A DNA stretch of 40,846 bases, taken from assembly GCA_965648935.1 (NCBI GenBank), contig CBFGIY010000011.1:1-40846 (forward strand), given 5' to 3'. Shown here piece by piece: positions 1 through 8,899 of the stretch. How positions within the stretch are numbered: position 1 is the stretch's first letter; the number at the start of each line of letters is the position of its first letter. Origin of the DNA: a candidate division WOR-3 bacterium (GTDB lineage Bacteria; Hydrothermota; Tepidihabitantia; Tepidihabitantales; Tepidihabitantaceae). The translations under genes were made by a program, and so were the position numbers. The notes under the pieces are model-generated. The model worked only from the letters and a program-made list of their open reading frames with translations. It had not been told where the DNA came from and made no database searches.

Positions 1-1142
1 AGTCACTCTGTGCTCCAACGTCGGTCACCAATACTTGTGTTGACCTTTATGATGATCTGCGAGAGGTCTACCTTGGCCTCACGGAGACAGCTCTCAATCC
101 GCGGCCCGTGGAGATCTCCTTGTGCACCTACGATCGCCCTGGTGGGTTACTGGATCTGTGCCTCCGTCTTGCGGGGTTGAGCTATGGCCACACGAATGCT
201 GCTGAGTGCCCTGTCAATTTCCACGACTACCGTTCGGCCTACACGCGGGGCGGGAGGTTCTGTTTCTTCGCTCAGGCAACGCTCGTGGCTGGGTGTTATG
301 AGCGCCCAATGGCCTTTCTTCGTCGGTCCCTCATACGCACCCGCCATACAGGTAGTGGCGGCAAGACGGTGGATCTGCGAACGGTCGAGAGTCTCTTGGG
401 CTTGGACTGCAGCAGCGCAGGGCCTGCGGATGACTGCGCTTGGTTACGCTTCTGCCCGGTGTCGACGTTCGACAGACACCGAATGGCCGAGTCGAGGGGT
501 GGATACTTGGGCAAAGACAATGACCCAGTATCTGTCGGGTATGCGCTACACACTGCTGAGCCGGGCGCGATTAAGGGCGAGGCTATGGAGTCTCTCGCCG
601 ACTTCACGGTCTGTTCACAGGGAGCGGATGGCCCTGGGAGGTTCGCGCGGGTACTCGCGGCTCTGCTGCTGCAGGCTGACCCTATCCAGGCTTCAAGCCC
701 AGGCAACTCGATCTTGGATGTGAAGTATGTGCGCTCATACTCGTGCTTCGAGCCGTCAGTAACACTGAAGCGCTTTTACGGGAATCTCACCGCGACAGCG
801 CCGGCCGGCGAGGAGTGCATGATTGATGAGGTTGTGATCCGTCCACTCAGCACTTCGGACCAAGTCTGGACTGGTTGGATGGAATACGCTGGCAGGCTCA
901 GCCCGAAGATAGGTGGATCAGTTTACCCAGATACCGAAACGCGAACTATCAGGGTTCGCAGACCGACAGCCCATCTGTGCGTGCGACCCTCCTTTGCCTG
1001 CGGGGTCCGCGTCGCTCAGGCGGAATACAAAATCTCTTCCCGAAGGCGGTCGTTTGACAATAGGAAAAGTAGAGTCGTCGCGATTGACCCTTCTACCTGC
1101 CCTGCTCGATACGATCAGAGCGGGCATCGTCGTCAACTCTGA
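1..1142 (+). CDS. Hypothetical protein, 5'-truncated by the window edge, in a lower-GC segment
   Basis: Frame 3 is open from position 3 through the 108 GTG to TGA at 1140-1142. No recognisable domain. Composition is visibly less GC-rich than the rest of the window. Confidence 0.5.
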   Translation, partial: SLCAPTSVTNTCVDLYDDLREVYLGLTETALNPRPVEISLCTYDRPGGLLDLCLRLAGLSYGHTNAAECPVNFHDYRSAYTRGGRFCFFAQATLVAGCYERPMAFLRRSLIRTRHTGSGGKTVDLRTVESLLGLDCSSAGPADDCAWLRFCPVSTFDRHRMAESRGGYLGKDNDPVSVGYALHTAEPGAIKGEAMESLADFTVCSQGADGPGRFARVLAALLLQADPIQASSPGNSILDVKYVRSYSCFEPSVTLKRFYGNLTATAPAGEECMIDEVVIRPLSTSDQVWTGWMEYAGRLSPKIGGSVYPDTETRTIRVRRPTAHLCVRPSFACGVRVAQAEYKISSRRRSFDNRKSRVVAIDPSTCPARYDQSGHRRQL

Positions 1143-1155
1143 AACCCGGGACACT

Positions 1156-1488
1156 GGGGCTGTTGAAAAAGTCTTGACAACATTCTGACGGTTGCTGCGT
1201 CTAAAGGGGTATGAAGCGGCAACTGATGGGACCCGGCGGACAATGGTAGGCAATCAGGATCGCTGGTGCGAGGACATCTTTGTTGCCTGCCCGTTGCGGG
1301 AACTGGTGCCTGACGACCACATACTCAAGCGCGTGGACGGCGTGTTGGACCTGTCCTGGCTTAGGCAGGAGGTCGCTGACTGTTATTGCGCCGACAACGG
1401 TCGGCCGAGCATCGATCCCGAGGCAGCACTGCGGCTGATGCTGGCCGGGTACACGGAGGGAAAGAGAAGCGGCCAACTCGGATTCTAG
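1156..1488 (+). mobile_element. IS1182/IS5-like insertion sequence remnant (left end only)
   Basis: GGGGCTGTTGAAAAAGTC at 1156-1173 resembles an IS1182-type left inverted repeat and is followed by a transposase N-terminus. No matching right IR was seen. Confidence 0.7.
1243..1488 (+). pseudogene. Truncated transposase (N-terminal DUF772/InsH-like domain only, 81 aa)
   Basis: ELVPDDHILKRVDGVLDLSWLRQEVADCY..NGRPSIDPEAALRLMLAGY is the typical IS1182/IS5 N-terminus. Similarity ends after LAGY (~1452) and there is no DDE domain. Confidence 0.8.
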
Positions 1489-1896
1489 CAAGAAGTGAAG
1501 GCTTAGGGCGGGGGCAATCCGCCGCCCTCGGCAAGTGGCAAAGGCACCTGACGCCGCTGAGACCGCGCAGTTGCGGGAAGGCCAGAGCTGTAACCGTGAT
1601 GCTAAGAACCGACGGACACGCGGGCCGGGTTTTTCGCCTGCATTAGAGGGACTTACAGGATTTTGGGCCTTTGTGACTCCCCCGCCTACCCCACGGCCTC
1701 CCTCGCGGCTTTGCCCGGCGCAACTCGCAGGACTCTTCGGCCCGCAACTCGGAACCCGACAACCGGGGCTTGTCTCAGTCCAGGGCTCGGGCTGACTTAG
1801 GTCACAACTCTGAATCCGACCGCCGGCCCGGCTGTTCCGACTCATTCCCGCGCTCGGGTGGTTTGCGATGACACGACGCCTTGTCGCTCTCGCAGC

Positions 1897-1925
1897 TTGA
1901 CCCTCTCGCCCGGCCCGCCGATAAT
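1897..1925 (+). promoter_or_regulatory. Sigma70-type promoter (probably leaderless) for the flavodoxin gene
   Basis: TTGACC-17-GATAAT, then 6 nt to ATG 1932. Confidence 0.6.
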
Positions 1926-1931
1926 CAGCCA

Positions 1932-2435
1932 ATGAACCAGCCAGTACTTGTCACCTATGCCACCCGCGGCGGCTCAACCGCCGGGATCGCCGAACGGATT
2001 GCCGCCGAGCTCAAGGCCCGCGGTGTCGCCGCCGAGGTCAAGCCAGTGAAGGAAGTGAAGGACCCGGCCGGCTACCGCGCCGTGGTACTGGGCTCGCCGG
2101 TGCGCGCCGGCAAGCTGATGCCCGATGCGCTCAAGTTCGCCCAGCGCCATCAGGCCGCGCTCTCCGCGCGCCCCTTCGCCGCGTTCGTCGTGTGCCTTGC
2201 GATGTCCGACCCGACCGAGGCCAACTGCGCCACGGCAATGGGCTACCTCGAGCCGATTCGCGCGCTGGTCAAGCCCGCGGCCGAGGCCGCGTTCGCCGGG
2301 GCCTACGACCCGCAGCGGGCCGGCTTCCTTGAACGGCAGATAATGAAGATGCTCAAGGCCAAGCCCGGCGACTTCCGCAACTGGACAGAAATCGACGCCT
2401 GGGCCGGGAAACTGGCCGACCTGCTGGCCGGCTAG
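1932..2435 (+). CDS. Flavodoxin-domain protein (HemG/Flavodoxin_5-like), 167 aa
   Basis: VLVTYATRGGSTAGIAERI FMN loop, VVLGSPV, and C-terminal GDFRNWTEIDAWA. Confidence 0.85.
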   Translation: MNQPVLVTYATRGGSTAGIAERIAAELKARGVAAEVKPVKEVKDPAGYRAVVLGSPVRAGKLMPDALKFAQRHQAALSARPFAAFVVCLAMSDPTEANCATAMGYLEPIRALVKPAAEAAFAGAYDPQRAGFLERQIMKMLKAKPGDFRNWTEIDAWAGKLADLLAG

Positions 2436-2755
2436 CGCAGCCCGGTTTCGGGCCTGACGCCGAGCACTTCGGCCGAGCCGCTGAGCAGGGCCACGGCCCG
2501 CGGGTCGCGCACCGAGTAGAAGACTTTGACGCCGCGCCGCTCCTGGCTCAGGATGCCCCTGGTCAGCAGGTACTTGAGATGGCCCGACAGGGTCGACTGG
2601 CGCTCGCCGGTCGCCTCGACCAGTTCGGTGACATTGCGCGGGCCGTCGGCCAGCAGGCAGATAATGTGAATGCGCAGCGGGCTCGAAAAGTGGGCCATGT
2701 ACTCGGCGAGCTGCTGGCACGCGCCGTGATGAAGGTGTTTTGACTGATTGCTCAC
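2432..2755 (-). CDS. ArsR/SmtB-family transcriptional regulator (paralog 2)
   Basis: wHTH pattern SPLRIHIICLLADGPRNVTEL..QSTLSGHLKYL..GILSQERRG..FYS; GTG start. Confidence 0.9.
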   Translation of the reverse strand: MSNQSKHLHHGACQQLAEYMAHFSSPLRIHIICLLADGPRNVTELVEATGERQSTLSGHLKYLLTRGILSQERRGVKVFYSVRDPRAVALLSGSAEVLGVRPETGLR

Positions 2756-2761
2756 GGCCTT

Positions 2762-2790
2762 ATGATGCGTTCGACCGCCGCCGCTGTCAA
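2762..2790 (-). promoter_or_regulatory. Internal sigma70-type promoter for arsR paralog 2 (leaderless)
   Basis: TTGACA-17-CATCAT, then 6 nt to GTG 2755. Confidence 0.55.
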
Positions 2791-2798
2791 CAGCCGGT

Positions 2799-3614
2799 CT
2801 AGAGCGTGCCGGCCGGTATCTCGGCCAGAGTGAAGACCGGGCCGTCCTTGCAGATGAGCCTGGCCCCGATGTTGCACCGGCCGCACTGGCCGATGCCGCA
2901 CTGCATCTTGGCCTCGAGCGTGGTGTAGACCTGCTCGTCGGCGAATCCCAGCTCTTTCAGCACCGCCGCCGTGAACTTGATCATCACCGGCGGGCCGCAG
3001 ACCACCGCGATGCGGTTGTCCGGTTTGAGCTTGAGGTCGCGCACGACATTGGGCAGCAGCCCGACGCAGCCGTCCCACCCGACGCACTCGGTGTCGATTG
3101 ACCGGGTGAGCTTGATGCCCGGATCCTTGCTCCACTGCGCGAGGTCGGCGCCGAAGAGCATGTCGCCCGGGGTGCGCGCGCCGAAGACTATCTCGATGCC
3201 GGCGTAGTCGCCGCGGTGCTCGGTCAGCCAGTCGACGACCGGCCGCAGGGGCGCCAGCCCGATACCGCCGCCGATGATGACCACGTCCCTGCCCTTCCAG
3301 CTCTCGACCGGAAACGGCTTGCCGTAGGGCCCGCGCACTCCGACCTTCTCGCCCGCGGTCGCGCGGTGCAGGGCTTTGGTGAGATGACCCATCCGCTTGA
3401 CCGAGACCTGGAAGCTCTTGCCGCCGGGCTCGAGCCGGCTGACCGCGAAGGTCGACTCGCCGTGCCCCTGCAGCGAGACCTCGACAAACTGGCCGGGCAG
3501 GGATGACAGCGCCGCGCCGTCATCGAACTCCAGATCGAAGCTCTTGACGTCAACCGATTCTTCGATGACCCGCTTGATTGTCGCGGGCCGCGGCACCAGT
3601 TCGATGCGGCTCAT
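2799..3614 (-). CDS. flxA: FlxA: FAD/NAD-binding [2Fe-2S] oxidoreductase (AsrB/PyrK-like), 271 aa
   Basis: PGQF, GPYG, GGGIGLAP, CGPPVM and MQCGIGQCGRC..CKDGPVF motifs. ATG 3614 overlaps the flxB stop (ATGA). Confidence 0.85.
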   Translation of the reverse strand: MSRIELVPRPATIKRVIEESVDVKSFDLEFDDGAALSSLPGQFVEVSLQGHGESTFAVSRLEPGGKSFQVSVKRMGHLTKALHRATAGEKVGVRGPYGKPFPVESWKGRDVVIIGGGIGLAPLRPVVDWLTEHRGDYAGIEIVFGARTPGDMLFGADLAQWSKDPGIKLTRSIDTECVGWDGCVGLLPNVVRDLKLKPDNRIAVVCGPPVMIKFTAAVLKELGFADEQVYTTLEAKMQCGIGQCGRCNIGARLICKDGPVFTLAEIPAGTL

Positions 3615-4636
3615 TTCTTCACCTCCGCGCGGGCCGCGCGTTCCTTCACCCGCCGGGCGAGCTTCGCCGCCTGCTGGGGGAAGCTGCGCTTGATCGGGCA
3701 GATGATGGCGCAGCGGCCGCACCCGGTGCACGACATCGCGCCGTAGCGGTGCACCGTGTAGCAGAACTTGTCCAGGGTCCGGTTGCGCAGGCGGCTGGCA
3801 TTGGTCCGGCGCGGGTTGTGGCCGCTGGTCTCGCGCGAGTAGGACAGAAACTGGCACGAATCCCAGCAGGTCACGCGCTCGCCCTCACCGCCGTGCTTCT
3901 CGTCGGCCACGAGGAAGCAGGTACAGCTCGGGCAGGCCAGGGTGCACGCGCCGCAGGTCAGGCAGATGTCGGCCTGCTCGGTCCAGAACTCGTCGTCGTG
4001 CAGGGCCAGCAGCTCGTCCGCACTCGGTACCGGGAACTTGCCCTTGGGCCAGTTGCGTTTTGCCGGCTGTCGGTCGGTCGGCTCAAGCAGCTTCGAACCG
4101 ATAAGCTTGGCCCCGCGCTCGCTTGTCGGGCGCACGAGCCAGCCGCCCTCGGTCTCGGCCATCACCGCGTCCATCCCGGCTTCCGAGTCGGGCGCGAGCC
4201 CGCGGTCGGTGCAGTGGCAGGTCGGCTTCATCTCCGAGCAGGCCAAGCCGATGATGAGCGTGCGGTCGCGCTCGGCCGCATACAGCCGGTCCGGGTGAGT
4301 CCCGCTCAGGAACACGCGGTCGTAGTGCAGAAGCGCCGCCACGTCGCACGGGTGCATCCCGACGACGACCCGCGGCGCGGTCGGGACCTCGACCGGTTCG
4401 AGATTCCAGGTGGTCTTCGCGTCGAACCGGGCGATGGTGCGCCGGCGCGGAAAAAACAGCTCCTTGGCCGAGGTCTCGATGATGCTTGCGGGCAACCGCA
4501 CCTCGGCCCCGGTCTGGTAAGCGCCCCAGCCCCACTTCGCGCCCTTCCTCTGCGGCACGACCACCTCGGCCGATGCCGCAAGCTCGTCGAGGAACCGGCC
4601 GAGGTCTTCGGTCTTCAGAAACTTCCAGCCGCTCAC
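3611..4636 (-). CDS. flxB: FlxB: AsrA-like 4Fe-4S protein, 341 aa
   Basis: GMHPCD, CLTCGACTLACPSCTCF, WDSC and CTGCGRCAIICP motifs. GTG 4636 overlaps the flxC stop. Confidence 0.8.
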   Translation of the reverse strand: MSGWKFLKTEDLGRFLDELAASAEVVVPQRKGAKWGWGAYQTGAEVRLPASIIETSAKELFFPRRRTIARFDAKTTWNLEPVEVPTAPRVVVGMHPCDVAALLHYDRVFLSGTHPDRLYAAERDRTLIIGLACSEMKPTCHCTDRGLAPDSEAGMDAVMAETEGGWLVRPTSERGAKLIGSKLLEPTDRQPAKRNWPKGKFPVPSADELLALHDDEFWTEQADICLTCGACTLACPSCTCFLVADEKHGGEGERVTCWDSCQFLSYSRETSGHNPRRTNASRLRNRTLDKFCYTVHRYGAMSCTGCGRCAIICPIKRSFPQQAAKLARRVKERAARAEVKK

Positions 4637-5493
4637 AGCGCCTCCCCCATCACCTCGTCGGAATCGTCCTTGGCCAGAGTCACCAGCGGCGGCTTCTCGC
4701 CCCGCACCGTGCCCGGCCGCACGCCGAACTCGTCCCGGATGAGCTTCTCGACCGCGGCGTTGAGCAGCCGGATCGGGATGCCCTCGGGGCAGGCCCGCTG
4801 GCACTCGCCGCAGTCCGAACAGCGCCCGGCCAGGTGCCACGCGCGCACCAGGTGCCACATCGTGTTGGCCGAGAGCTTGCGCGACGGCTCGATCCAGCGC
4901 GGCTCGGATGAGTCGGCGATGCAGGTTTCGCAGTAGCACATCGGGCAGACCTGCCGGCACGCGTAACACCGCTGGCACTTCTCGAACTGCTCGGCGAAGA
5001 ACTGCCAGCGCTCCTCGGGCGTCATCTTCTCGATGCGCTCCAGCGCCTTGAACTCCGCGTCGCGCGCGGCCGCGGGCGCGCCGATGACGTGGTCTGCGCC
5101 GGGCGCGACATTGACCGGGCAGTCGTCGCACTTCTGGGCGCGCGCGCCATTGGCCACCACGCCCTCGCACGCCGGCGCCAGCACCACCAGCTTCGACCGG
5201 TCGACCCTCTTCTCGACCTCAAGCGTCGAAAGCGCCCGGCCGTCGCAGCCCTTGAGCACGACCGCGACCCGAGAATGCCGCTCCAGTATCGGCCCGAGGA
5301 AGTTGGCGAGGTTGTGAATGCAGCGCTCGTCGAACACCAGCTCGTCGAGGTTGTCGCCCTTGCGGAACAGCGCCGGCCGCACCGCCTCGACCGCCGGCTC
5401 GTAGCGCCAGGCGAGCACGGCCTCGACCGCCCCGCTCGCCAGCAGTTCCCTTGCCTTCTGCCTCAGTCCTGCCTGCAGTTCGTCGTTCGTCAC
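4633..5493 (-). CDS. flxC: FlxC: 4Fe-4S dicluster protein, 286 aa
   Basis: KGCD, CQRCYACRQVCPMCYCETC and HLAGRCSDCGECQRACP motifs; position between flxD and flxB. Confidence 0.8.
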   Translation of the reverse strand: MTNDELQAGLRQKARELLASGAVEAVLAWRYEPAVEAVRPALFRKGDNLDELVFDERCIHNLANFLGPILERHSRVAVVLKGCDGRALSTLEVEKRVDRSKLVVLAPACEGVVANGARAQKCDDCPVNVAPGADHVIGAPAAARDAEFKALERIEKMTPEERWQFFAEQFEKCQRCYACRQVCPMCYCETCIADSSEPRWIEPSRKLSANTMWHLVRAWHLAGRCSDCGECQRACPEGIPIRLLNAAVEKLIRDEFGVRPGTVRGEKPPLVTLAKDDSDEVMGEAL

Positions 5494-5969
5494 GATGCCA
5501 CCCCTGTCCGCGCGAGGGTCTTGGGCTTGCCCGCCATCGCCTTGAGCCGCTTGGTGAACTCGGTGCAGACCCGGGCGAACCGCTTGCCCTCGGCCGCCGA
5601 AACCCAGGTGAAGTGCATCCGGTCGGGATGCACGCCCACAATCTCAAGCAGGGTCCGGCCCACGGCCAGCTTGCGCCGGGCGTGGTAGTTGCCGGTGCCG
5701 TAGTGGCAGTCGCCCGGATGGCAGCCCGACACCAGCACGCCGTCGTAGCCTTCGACAAAGGCCTTGAAAACCATCGTCGGGTCGACCCGGCCCGAGCACG
5801 GCACCTGCACGATTCTCACGTTGGCCGGGTACTGGAACCGGCTGGTCCCGGCGAGGTCGGCCCCGGCGTACGAGCACCAGCGGCACAGTATCGCCAGCAC
5901 CTTCGGCTCCTCGGCCATCTGCGGCGCGGTCTGGCTGCCCGCCGCTTGAGTGTCAGGGTTCGCGCTCAC
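5490..5969 (-). CDS. flxD: FlxD / MvhD-like [2Fe-2S] protein, ~159 aa
   Basis: CRWCSYAGADLAG, VPCSGRVDP, GCHPGDCHY and WVSAAEG motifs. GTG 5969 overlaps the hdrA TGA and has a GAGGAG RBS. Confidence 0.9.
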   Translation of the reverse strand: MSANPDTQAAGSQTAPQMAEEPKVLAILCRWCSYAGADLAGTSRFQYPANVRIVQVPCSGRVDPTMVFKAFVEGYDGVLVSGCHPGDCHYGTGNYHARRKLAVGRTLLEIVGVHPDRMHFTWVSAAEGKRFARVCTEFTKRLKAMAGKPKTLARTGVAS

Positions 5970-7918
5970 GCTGTTATCTCCTCGAAAACTTCGGCGTCCG
6001 AGAACTGGGCCAGGGTCACCGCCTTGTTGCGGCAGGTCGCGACGCACGCGCCGCAGCCCTGGCACTTGCCCGCGACCACGCCGGCCACGGTTCGCGCCCC
6101 GGCCTTGCGCTCCTCGATGGCCGAGTAGTAGCACACCGCCGCGCAGTTCAGGCACCCGGTGCAGGCATTGGCATCCACCGCGGCGACCTGCGGTGCCTTG
6201 CGCAGCTTCTCTTTCGAGAACAGACCGAGCACCTTGGACGCGGCCGCGCTGCCCGACTGGACGCTCGCCGGGATGTCCTTGGGGCCCTGGCACGCGCCGG
6301 CGAGGAAGATGCCCGCGCTGGCCGTCTCGACCGGCTTGAGCTTGGGATGGGACTCGGAGTAGAAGCCGTCCGCGTCATAGGCGATGCCGAGCGTCTGGGC
6401 AAGGGTCTGCGCTTCATCCTGCGGCTCGACCGCACAGGCGAGCACGACCATGTCCGCGTCAATCTGCACCGGCCGGCCCACGAGCGAGTCCTCGGTGAAC
6501 ACGCGGTACCTGCCGTTCTTCAGCGGCGCGATGCGGCCGACCCGGCCGCGGATGTAGCGCACGTCGTCCTCCTCGACCGCGCGCTGGATGAACTGCTCGT
6601 AGTCCTTGCCCGGCGAGCGGATGTCGATGTAGGAGACATAGGCCATCCCGTCGGGCACGTGATGCTTGTACAGCATCGCGTGCTTGGCGGTGTACATGCA
6701 GCAGATCCCCGAGCAGTAGGCGTGGCCCTTGGACGGGTCGCGCGAGCCGACGCACTGGGCGAACACGACCGTCTTCGGCACCGCGCCGTCCGACGGCCGC
6801 ACGAGCCTGCCCCCGGTCGGCCCGGTCGAGCTGACCAGCCGCTCGAACTGCAGGCCCGATATGACGTCGGGCAGGGTGCCGCCGCCGTACTCGGTGTAAA
6901 CCGCCTGGTTCATCTCCCGGTAACCGGTCGCCGCGACCACCGCCCCGACCTCGACGGTTTCCTCGGAACCCTTGTCCTCGAAGTCCACCGCGCCGGTCGG
7001 GCAAATCTTGGCGCACGCGCCGCACTTGCCTCTGGTCAGCTTGATGCAGTGTTCGGCGTTGATGACCGGCACCGCTGGCACGGCCTGCGGGAACGGCGTC
7101 GCGATTGCCGGCCGCGTGCCGAGTCCCGCGTTGAACTCGTCGGGCGCGGTCTTGGCCGGGCACTTCGACTGGCACAGGCCGCAGGCGATGCACTTCTTCT
7201 CGTCGACATAGGTCGCGCGCCGGGTGATTGTCGCACGGAAGTTACCGACGTAGCCGTCGAGTTTGGTCACCGTCGAATTGACCCGGATTGTGATATTGGG
7301 GTGCTGGGCCGCCTCGACCATCTTCGGGGTCAGGATGCACTGCGAGCAGTCCAGCGTCGGGAAGGTCTCGTCGAGCATCGCCATCTTGCCCCCGAGCGAC
7401 GGGCTCCTTTCGACGAGGATGACCTTCCTGCCGCCGTCGGCGATGTCCAGCGCCGCCTGGATCCCGGCGATGCCGCCCCCGACCACGAGCGCGGTCCGCG
7501 TCAGCTCGACGTCGATGTCGGCCAGCGGATCGGCCTGCGCCACCCGCCTGACCTGGCGCGTGACGAGGTCGATCGCCTTGGCCGTCGCCTCTTCGCGGTC
7601 CTCGGTCACCCACGAGCACTGCTCGCGGATGTTGGCCATCGAGACGAGGTAAGGGTTCAGGCCCTCCTGCATCACCGCCTTCTGGAAAGTCGGCAGGTGC
7701 ATCTTGGGCGAGCAGGCCGCGACCACGACCCGGTTCAGGCCGTGCTCGCGGATGGCCTCGCGCACGAGGTTCTGCCCGGGCGACGAGCACATGAACTTGT
7801 AGTCCTGCGCGAACGCGACCTCGGGCAGCTTCGCCACCTCCTCGGCGACCTTCGCCACGTCGACCGTGGCCGCGATGTTCACGCCGCAGTGGCAGATGAA
7901 GACCCCGACCTTAGCCAA
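5966..7918 (-). CDS. hdrA: Heterodisulfide reductase subunit A, 650 aa
   Basis: KVGVFICHCGVNIA, VAACSP, NIREQCSW, GGGIAG, TFPTLDCSQCIL, inserted and C-terminal ferredoxin motifs, CVGSRD..CSGICCMY, GACQGPKDI. TTG start with GGAGG RBS. Confidence 0.95.
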   Translation of the reverse strand: MAKVGVFICHCGVNIAATVDVAKVAEEVAKLPEVAFAQDYKFMCSSPGQNLVREAIREHGLNRVVVAACSPKMHLPTFQKAVMQEGLNPYLVSMANIREQCSWVTEDREEATAKAIDLVTRQVRRVAQADPLADIDVELTRTALVVGGGIAGIQAALDIADGGRKVILVERSPSLGGKMAMLDETFPTLDCSQCILTPKMVEAAQHPNITIRVNSTVTKLDGYVGNFRATITRRATYVDEKKCIACGLCQSKCPAKTAPDEFNAGLGTRPAIATPFPQAVPAVPVINAEHCIKLTRGKCGACAKICPTGAVDFEDKGSEETVEVGAVVAATGYREMNQAVYTEYGGGTLPDVISGLQFERLVSSTGPTGGRLVRPSDGAVPKTVVFAQCVGSRDPSKGHAYCSGICCMYTAKHAMLYKHHVPDGMAYVSYIDIRSPGKDYEQFIQRAVEEDDVRYIRGRVGRIAPLKNGRYRVFTEDSLVGRPVQIDADMVVLACAVEPQDEAQTLAQTLGIAYDADGFYSESHPKLKPVETASAGIFLAGACQGPKDIPASVQSGSAAASKVLGLFSKEKLRKAPQVAAVDANACTGCLNCAAVCYYSAIEERKAGARTVAGVVAGKCQGCGACVATCRNKAVTLAQFSDAEVFEEITA

Positions 7919-8897
7919 CCGCCACCTCCGCGCCCGCTTTTCGGGCCTCAAGCTTCGCGCTTCGGGTCTGGTCGATCGGCGGCAGCTTGGCGAGAAACTT
8001 CTTGAAGCTGATGGCGTGCGCCTCGAGCGCCAGCGTGTTCAGTTCGGCTCCGAGCGCGAGCGCGATGAGCTGGTTGACGTGCAGCACCGGCACGTGGTAG
8101 CTGGCGGCTCCGCGCGAATTGAGCTTGTGCTGCATCCGGTCAAGCTGGGCCAGGCAGTAAGGACACTGAACCACGACCGCATCCGGGTTGGCCGCGTTCA
8201 AGCTGTCGAACTTCAGCTTGGAATGGGGCAGGGACAGCTCCTCCTTGTGCAGTATGACCTGGGTCAGGCCGGTGCCGCAGCAGCTTCGTGCTTCGCCGTA
8301 GCTCACCACCTCGCCGCCGCAGGCCTCGATTATCTCCTCGAGCGCGGTCGGCATGAACGCGTCGTCGATGGCCGTGTTCTTGAACCCGTTGAGGTAGTGG
8401 CAGCCGTAGTGGGTGGCAAACTTCAGACCCGCAAGCGGCCGCACGACCCGCTCGCGGATGCGGTCCTTGATCTTGTAGAACACCTCGATTGCGTGGTAGA
8501 TGTCCTGCGAGCCCTTGTACTCCCGACCGATCATCGAGAGTATCGTGTTGACCACGCCCTTGACCGGCGGCCGCTCGTTCATGAAGTGGGCGAACTCGGT
8601 GAGGAAAGTGTAGCAGCCGTTGCACATCGTGATGGTGTCGAGGTTCAGCTCCTCGGCGATGGCGAGGTTGCGCGCCACCGCCGGCATCGTGCTGGTCGGC
8701 TGGGCCACGTTGGTGAAGGTAAGGAATCCGCCGCAGCAGGTCTGCTCGTCCGAGGTGACCGGCTCGATGCCGAGCCGCGGCAACGCCTGCATTATCCCCG
8801 AGATGACGCCCGGGTACTTGTTGTTGCCCACGCAGGGCTGGAACACGAACATCCGGTCCGAGACCTTGATCTTGTCGACCTGTGATTTCCTGGGCAT
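7911..8897 (-). CDS. hdrB: Heterodisulfide reductase subunit B (two CCG domains), 328 aa
   Basis: QPC..TCCGG..MCNGC and HYGCH..SCCG..QCPYC motifs; CAGGAG RBS before ATG 8897. Confidence 0.93.
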   Translation of the reverse strand: MPRKSQVDKIKVSDRMFVFQPCVGNNKYPGVISGIMQALPRLGIEPVTSDEQTCCGGFLTFTNVAQPTSTMPAVARNLAIAEELNLDTITMCNGCYTFLTEFAHFMNERPPVKGVVNTILSMIGREYKGSQDIYHAIEVFYKIKDRIRERVVRPLAGLKFATHYGCHYLNGFKNTAIDDAFMPTALEEIIEACGGEVVSYGEARSCCGTGLTQVILHKEELSLPHSKLKFDSLNAANPDAVVVQCPYCLAQLDRMQHKLNSRGAASYHVPVLHVNQLIALALGAELNTLALEAHAISFKKFLAKLPPIDQTRSAKLEARKAGAEVAVG

Positions 8898-8899
8898 CG

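Noticed and set aside
913..1188. Separate small gene or frameshifted C-terminus of the first ORF
   Set aside because: It overlaps the longer ORF, reads into the IS end and has no motif or RBS support.
1560..1620. Cobalamin riboswitch (GGGAAGG and CTGTAA present)
   Set aside because: The motifs are in the wrong order and the B12 box is absent.
1671..1693. tRNA/tmRNA-like 3' end (GACTCCCCCGCCTACCCCA) as an att site
   Set aside because: The T-loop is not TTCG, the spacing is one base short of a tRNA 3' end, and no partner copy is in the window.
2432..2435. Shared CTAG stop for the convergent flavodoxin and arsR2 genes
   Set aside because: Real, but a common compact arrangement with no evidence of function.
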